From positions 4,288,001 through 4,352,000 of the forward strand of contig OZ245006.1 in the NCBI GenBank assembly GCA_965223545.1: DNA of 64,000 bases, read 5' to 3'. Source of the DNA: Planctomycetota bacterium (lineage in GTDB: Bacteria > Planctomycetota > UBA1135 > UBA2386). Shown here one piece after another: positions 58,690-64,000 of this stretch (position 1 is its first letter; every line of letters begins with the position of its first letter). The notes beneath the pieces are model-generated. The model was given only the letters and a program-made list of their open reading frames with translations, did no database searches and had not been told where the DNA came from. The position numbers were made by a program, and so were the translations under genes.

Positions 58690-59573
58690 GTGGGCGCGCG
58701 CCGGCCGGCGCTGCGGGGCCACGCCTCGTCGCCTACGTCGAGCTCGCCAAGCCGCGGTTGTCGGCGTTGGCGGTGTTCGCGGTGTTGGCCGGTCTCTATC
58801 TGGGCACCGAAGCGCCGGCCGTCGAGATCGTCTTGACCTGCGTGGCGGCGACCTTCTTGGTCGCCGCCGGTGGCAACGCCCTCAACATGTGGATCGAGCG
58901 CGAGTCCGACCGGCGTATGCCGCGCACGGAGGGGCGTCCGCTGCCGAGTGGCCGACTGTCGCCCGCGGCGGTGCTCGGCTTCGGTCTGATCAGCGCGGCG
59001 GTCGGTTTGGCGGCGCTGGCCCTGGTGACCAACTGGCTGGCGACCGGCGTCTGTGCCCTGATCTTTGCCACCTACGTCGGGATCTACACTCCGCTCAAGC
59101 GGGTGACCACGCTCAACACGCTGGTCGGCGCGGTGCCCGGAGCGCTGCCACCGCTGGTCGGCTACGCCGCGGCGCGTGGAATGCTCGACCTGCGCGCGGG
59201 GATCCTGTTCCTGCTCCTGTTTCTGTGGCAGATCCCGCACTTCTTGGCGATCGCCTTTCGCTACCGCGAGGACTACCGCGCCGGCGGCATGGTGATGCTG
59301 CCGGTCGTCGATGCCGACGGACGTTTCACCGGCGCGCAGATGGTGGCCTACACCTTCGCGCTGGTCCTGGTCAGCCTCTACGCCTACCTCATCGGTCTCG
59401 CCGGTCCGCTCTACTTGGTGGCCGCGATGTTCTTAGGCGTGCTGTTCTTCGTGCCGGTGGTGCTGGCCGCGGTGTTTCGGCGCGAGAGCGCCATGCTGCT
59501 CACCTTCTGGGTATCGATTGCCTACTTGCCAGCCCTGCTCTCGGTGATGGTCATCGATCGGAGAATGGGATGA
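58686..59573 (+). CDS. ctaB: Protoheme IX farnesyltransferase
   Basis: ELAKPR, DRRMPRTEGRPLPSG, YTPLKR, WQIPHF, YREDY. Confidence 0.95.
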   Translation: MSGRAPAGAAGPRLVAYVELAKPRLSALAVFAVLAGLYLGTEAPAVEIVLTCVAATFLVAAGGNALNMWIERESDRRMPRTEGRPLPSGRLSPAAVLGFGLISAAVGLAALALVTNWLATGVCALIFATYVGIYTPLKRVTTLNTLVGAVPGALPPLVGYAAARGMLDLRAGILFLLLFLWQIPHFLAIAFRYREDYRAGGMVMLPVVDADGRFTGAQMVAYTFALVLVSLYAYLIGLAGPLYLVAAMFLGVLFFVPVVLAAVFRRESAMLLTFWVSIAYLPALLSVMVIDRRMG

Positions 59574-60502
59574 CTGGCGCGCTCGCGGTGCACGCTGCCG
59601 GCGTCGGCTTCCGCTACGGCGATCGGGTCGCGTGCGACGACATCGGGCTCGAGGTCGAGCCCGGCGCGGTGCACGGCGTGCTCGGTCCCAACGGGTCCGG
59701 CAAGTCGACGTTGTTCAAGGTGCTGTGCACGGCATACCCGATCCAGCGCGGCACGGTTTCGGTGTTCGGCGAGGATCTGGCGACCCGGGTCGACGCGATT
59801 CGCTCGATGCTCGGGGTCGTGTTCCAGAGCGCCGCGCTGGACGGTCAGCTCACGGTCGAGGAGAACCTGATCTGCGCCGGCAACCTGTTCGGCCTGCGCG
59901 GTGGTCCGCTGCGGGCGCGGGTCGCCGAGGTCGCGGAGTGGGCGGGCGTGCGCGACCGGGCTGCGGACCGGGTGGCGGCGCTGAGCGGCGGGCTGCGACG
60001 CCGGGTCGAGATCGCCAAGGCGCTGCTCCCCGCGCCGCGTCTGCTGCTGCTGGACGAGCCGAGCACAGGCCTGGACCCCGGCGCGCGCATCGACTTGTGG
60101 CGGCTGCTGCGGGCCTCCGCAGGACTCACCGTCCTGTTCACCACGCACTTGATGGACGAAGCCGAGCAGGCCGACGGCATCACCATCCTGACCGAGGGGC
60201 GGGTGGTCGCGGCGGGGCGTCCGGCCGACCTCGTGCAGGAGGTCGGTGGCGTGGTGCTCGAGGCGTCGTGCGAGGAGCCCGAGGCGGTCGCGGCACGCGT
60301 CGAGGAGGTGCTGGGCGTCGCGCCGGTGATCGTCGGCCGCGCGCTGCGGGTCGAGAGTCCGGACGCCCACCGCATGGTCGGTCCCCTGGTCGACGCGCTC
60401 GGATCGCGGCTGGCGCGGGTCTCGGTGAGCCACGCTTCGCTCGAGGACGTCTACATCCGCAAGACCGGTCATCGGTTCTGGACCGCGGAGGACGCGCGAT
60501 GA
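59570..60502 (+). CDS. ABC transporter ATP-binding protein
   Basis: GPNGSGKS, LSGG, LLLDEPSTGLDP, TTH. Confidence 0.95.
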   Translation: MTGALAVHAAGVGFRYGDRVACDDIGLEVEPGAVHGVLGPNGSGKSTLFKVLCTAYPIQRGTVSVFGEDLATRVDAIRSMLGVVFQSAALDGQLTVEENLICAGNLFGLRGGPLRARVAEVAEWAGVRDRAADRVAALSGGLRRRVEIAKALLPAPRLLLLDEPSTGLDPGARIDLWRLLRASAGLTVLFTTHLMDEAEQADGITILTEGRVVAAGRPADLVQEVGGVVLEASCEEPEAVAARVEEVLGVAPVIVGRALRVESPDAHRMVGPLVDALGSRLARVSVSHASLEDVYIRKTGHRFWTAEDAR

Positions 60503-61299
60503 CGACCAGCGGTGGCCTGGCGGTGTCGGCGTTGTGGTGGCGCGAGATCCGGCGGTTCTTGCGCAGTCGCGCGCGGGTGTTCAGCTCGCTGGGCCAGCCG
60601 ATCCTGTTCTGGATCCTGCTCGCTGCGGCGCTGGGCAATGCCGAGTTCCGCGCCGGAGACCTCGACTTCTCGCAGACCAGCTACGGCGAGTTCTTCTTCG
60701 TCGGCGCGCTGACGATGATCGTGCTGTTCACCTCGATCTTCGCCACGATCACCGTCATCGAGGACCGTCTCACCGGGTTCCTGCAGGGAGTGTTGGTAGC
60801 GCCGGTGGCGCGCTGGGCGATCGCGCTCGGCAAAATCGGCGGTGGTGCCACGCTGGCGTTCGGCCAGGCATTGCTGTTCTTGTGCTTGGCGCCGATGGCC
60901 GGGGTTCCGCTGACCTTCGAAGGCGCGCTGCTGGCGGCGCTGGCGTTGGCGCTGTTGTCGTTCGCGCTCACCGGGCTCGGCTTCACGATCGCCTGGCTGA
61001 TGCAGAGCACTGCGGGTTATCACGGCATCATGATGGTCCTGCTGATGCCGATGTGGCTGCTGTCGGGATCGCTGTTCCCCGCGCAGGGCGCGCATCCCGT
61101 GCTGGCCGCGGTCATGACGCTCAACCCCATGAGCTACGGCCTGGCGGCCCTGCGCTACGCCCTGTACGGAGCGGAGGCAGGCGCCGCGCAGGGCTTGCCG
61201 CAGCCGGCGCTGGCCTGGGGGATCACCGCGGCGTTCGCGTTGATCATGTTTCTCGCCGGCGTCGCCGTCGTCCATCGCCGCTCCGTCCGAGACGCCTGA
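60499..61299 (+). CDS. ABC-2 type permease
   Basis: REIRRF, EDRLTGFLQGVLVAP, NPMSY; six TMs. Confidence 0.92.
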   Translation: MTTSGGLAVSALWWREIRRFLRSRARVFSSLGQPILFWILLAAALGNAEFRAGDLDFSQTSYGEFFFVGALTMIVLFTSIFATITVIEDRLTGFLQGVLVAPVARWAIALGKIGGGATLAFGQALLFLCLAPMAGVPLTFEGALLAALALALLSFALTGLGFTIAWLMQSTAGYHGIMMVLLMPMWLLSGSLFPAQGAHPVLAAVMTLNPMSYGLAALRYALYGAEAGAAQGLPQPALAWGITAAFALIMFLAGVAVVHRRSVRDA

Positions 61300-61301
61300 C
61301 C

Positions 61302-61721
61302 GTGACCTACGCCAATCTCGCCGACCTCAACGCCATCCTCAACGGGATCGCCTTCACCCTGATCTGCGCCGGTTTGATCGCCATCAAGCGCGGCGACGAG
61401 CGCCGCCACGTGCGGCTGATGCTCGCCGCGGTCGGGGTCTCGACGTTGTTCTTGATCAGCTACCTGATCTACCACGCCGAGGTCGGGTCGGTGGCGTTCG
61501 AGGGGCAGGGAGCAGTGCGCTGGTTCTACTTCGCCCTGCTGATCTCGCACATCGTGCTGGCGGCGCTGCAGGTGCCGCTGATCATCGGCACCGTGATCCT
61601 CGGCCTGCGCGATCGGCGCGCCGCACACCGGCGTTGGGCGGTGATCACAGCTCCGGTTTGGCTCTACGTCTCGCTGACCGGCGTCATCGTCTACCTGATG
61701 CTGTACTGGCTGCCGGTGTAG
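61302..61721 (+). CDS. DUF420 (CtaM-like) membrane protein
   Basis: LNAILN, FLISYLIYH, LISHIVLA, WLYVSLTGVIVYLML; in the cta operon. Confidence 0.9.
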   Translation: MTYANLADLNAILNGIAFTLICAGLIAIKRGDERRHVRLMLAAVGVSTLFLISYLIYHAEVGSVAFEGQGAVRWFYFALLISHIVLAALQVPLIIGTVILGLRDRRAAHRRWAVITAPVWLYVSLTGVIVYLMLYWLPV

Positions 61722-61739
61722 CGCGGCGGTCGAAGCCGC

Positions 61740-63509
61740 CTACGGCTGCAGGCGGAGCTGCACGCTGCTGCTGGCGCAGGCGTGGCCCGCGCCGCCGTCG
61801 AGGGCCACCGCTTGCAGGTAGTAGCGGGCGTAGCGCAGAGCCGCGACGTTGGGGACGCGCAGCGGAAGGGCGATGGGTGCCGCCACGAACGGACCACTCA
61901 AGAGCGCGGCCAGCGAAGTCGGATCGAGCAACAAGCGGTTGCACAGTGGGTCCGGGTTGCCGAGCGGCAGCGGCAGGTTGGCTGGCAGCGCGGCGCCGGC
62001 CAGGACCCACGCATCGGCGGCCGTGGCGGCAAACGGCGGGGTGATCTCGACGGTCACGGTTTGGCCGAGCACCGGCGGCTGGAGCAGGCGCAGGCCGCGC
62101 TGGAGGCGCAGCGCCGCCAGCAGCTGCGCGGCGTCGGGCCGCAGGCCGATCGCCTGGCCCGGGCTCAGTGGGGTGCCCCAGCTGCGCAGTGCCGTCCGCA
62201 TCGCGCGGGGGTCGAGGGTCGCCGCGACGGCCGGCGGGAGCTGGGCCCGCGCGGCTGCGACCAGGCCGGTGGCCACCCCGGCCACCATCGCGCTGGCGGC
62301 CGATGTGCCGCCAAACGTCGCGGTGTAGGCCTGGCGCGGATCGTTGCCGGCGAGCAGCAGATCGCCGTAGCCCGTGGTGACCACCGAGAGGCCCCAGCCG
62401 TTGGTATCGACGCGCGCGCCGTGGCACGAGGTCGGTGCTCGGGTCGATGATCCCGCGTTCGTGCTGCCGACCAAAATGGCGCCCGAATCGCGGATGCTCG
62501 GATCGAAGCGACCGCCCAGCTGCGGGTCGCCGAGGTCGAAGCCGCCGTTGCCGGCCGGCTCGACCACGATGACACCGAGCGCCGTGGCGTTTTGGATCGC
62601 ATCGAACTCGGCCTGCTCCCACTCCACCGGCCCGAAGCCCAACGGCGTGTTGGTCTGTGCCTCGATCAACAGCACGTCCTGCGCGGACATCGCCGCCAGC
62701 GCGGTGACGATCGCGCCCGCCACGCTGTAGCCGCCCGGCAGGGCGGTCACCAGGCCGAGGTTGGCGTCGGGCACCAGACCGCTGACGCCGAACTCGTCGT
62801 TGTCCGCGGCGAGGATGCCCCCGACCGCGGTGCCGTGGTCTTCGCCGACCGCCGCGGCCGGCGGTGGACCGATCAGCGCACCGGGCCGCAGGGTGGCGCA
62901 GTCTTCGTGGTCGAGGCGCCAGCTGACCTCGATATCGACCACGCGCGCACCCCGCCCCATGCCGCCGGTCACCTGCTGCAGCGCGAACGCGTCGACCCCG
63001 GTCGGCGCGACCCCGCGCCAGCTCTGCTGGCCGACCAGGCTTGGCGTCACCGGCGCGAGGTCACCGGGTGATGGTGCGCGCCGCGCGGGCGCATACGCGG
63101 TCGCGACGCCGGGCGCATCGCGCAAGTCTGCCAGCAGCGCGACGACGTCGTTGGCGCCGCGGGTCGGCACCCGGAAGTACTGGCGCAAGTCCGCCGGCAT
63201 CGGCGCGCCCGCGGGCAGCGCCCGGCGGACCCGGTCGCGCAGGGTGGTCAGCGCATCCCGCAGGTTGGCGAAGTGGGGCTCGATGACCCGCCCGTGCAGG
63301 GCGGCGCGCGCGCGCACCAGCGCGTGGTCCGGGCTGGCCAGCGCGCCGTCGGGCGCGCGCCGGATCCGGATGCCGTCGTCGAACTTGACCAGCACGAAGT
63401 CCGTGCGCTGCCGTGCCGGATCGAGCCCCGACCCCGGCGCGTCCTGCGCCGACACACTCGCCGCCAACAGGGTGGTGGCGAGGGGTCCGAGCGCTGCGTT
63501 ACGGGTCAT
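61740..63509 (-). CDS. S8 subtilisin-like serine protease with the shared C-terminal domain
   Basis: Signal peptide, propeptide, VVDIE / DHGTAV / FGGTSAAS triad, PAGNG. Confidence 0.92.
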   Translation of the reverse strand: MTRNAALGPLATTLLAASVSAQDAPGSGLDPARQRTDFVLVKFDDGIRIRRAPDGALASPDHALVRARAALHGRVIEPHFANLRDALTTLRDRVRRALPAGAPMPADLRQYFRVPTRGANDVVALLADLRDAPGVATAYAPARRAPSPGDLAPVTPSLVGQQSWRGVAPTGVDAFALQQVTGGMGRGARVVDIEVSWRLDHEDCATLRPGALIGPPPAAAVGEDHGTAVGGILAADNDEFGVSGLVPDANLGLVTALPGGYSVAGAIVTALAAMSAQDVLLIEAQTNTPLGFGPVEWEQAEFDAIQNATALGVIVVEPAGNGGFDLGDPQLGGRFDPSIRDSGAILVGSTNAGSSTRAPTSCHGARVDTNGWGLSVVTTGYGDLLLAGNDPRQAYTATFGGTSAASAMVAGVATGLVAAARAQLPPAVAATLDPRAMRTALRSWGTPLSPGQAIGLRPDAAQLLAALRLQRGLRLLQPPVLGQTVTVEITPPFAATAADAWVLAGAALPANLPLPLGNPDPLCNRLLLDPTSLAALLSGPFVAAPIALPLRVPNVAALRYARYYLQAVALDGGAGHACASSSVQLRLQP

Positions 63510-63571
63510 GGCGGCGCGCCAGCGAGCATCCGGCGCTTCTAGGACATTGTATCCCCGGCGCGGACGGACGG

Positions 63572-64000
63572 TCACTCGCCCGCTTCTCGGCGCGGCGGCA
63601 GGGGCTGACGGCTGCTGCGCATGCCGAGTCCGCGGATGCGGTGGCGGCCGGGAGTGGCGGCGTGGCCGCGCATCCAGAGCGCCATCTCGCCGGTCTCGGT
63701 CGGGATCTCGAGATCGAACTCCGCGATCCCGCCGCCGGGTACTACGACGTCCACCTCCCGGACGGAGAACACCCCCTCGGTCTCGTAGCGCGCCTCGCGG
63801 AGCTGCAGCGGTGTGGCGCAGCGCGAGCGCAACTGGACGACGCACCGATCTCTGCCTGCAGCGCTCGGCGCCCGGTTCCGCACCTCGACCTCGAGCGGCG
63901 CGACCGCGGGCAGCTCCGGGTGCGCGTTGATCTCGATGGCGGACCACTCCCGCACGTCGATCGGTGCACTGTCCTCGGGGTTCAACACGACGCTGCAGCC
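63572..64000 (-). CDS. Hypothetical protein, 3' part only
   Basis: Open frame to the window edge with beta-sandwich-like composition. Confidence 0.5.
   Translation of the reverse strand, partial: GCSVVLNPEDSAPIDVREWSAIEINAHPELPAVAPLEVEVRNRAPSAAGRDRCVVQLRSRCATPLQLREARYETEGVFSVREVDVVVPGGGIAEFDLEIPTETGEMALWMRGHAATPGRHRIRGLGMRSSRQPLPPRREAGE

Overview
Gene-dense, very GC-rich bacterial chromosomal segment. The wealth of secreted repeat proteins and the ECF/anti-sigma style suggest an uncultured Planctomycetota-like organism (inference only). It holds about 52 CDS: glyoxylate shunt (aceA partial, aceB); a sigma54 regulator / sensor-less kinase / response regulator / TPR operon; rlmN-like, topB, pfkA and rsmD; heme A biogenesis (ctaA, ctaB, ABC pair, DUF420); JAB + rhodanese-MoeB; peptide ABC permeases with an MpaA-like amidase; and many secreted proteins (SdrD-B, ELWxxDGT, di-heme propeller, S8, S9, M14). 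Most notable: (1) a DsbD-family gene split by an in-frame TGA at the first position of its CxxC, with a SECIS-like hairpin right after it, i.e. a likely UxxC selenoprotein; (2) an IS110 element inserted at the centre of a tandem/inverted REP-like repeat, whose non-coding left end contains copies of both junction sequences (bridge-RNA candidate); (3) a ~100-130 aa domain shared by five otherwise unrelated secreted proteins, a candidate sorting or anchoring module; (4) a SLOG-2H phosphodiesterase fusion; (5) a tiny FlgM-like gene behind a sigma28-like promoter; (6) a frameshifted M14 peptidase. I saw no rRNA, tRNA or CRISPR array. All family calls come from motif recognition by eye, not database searches.
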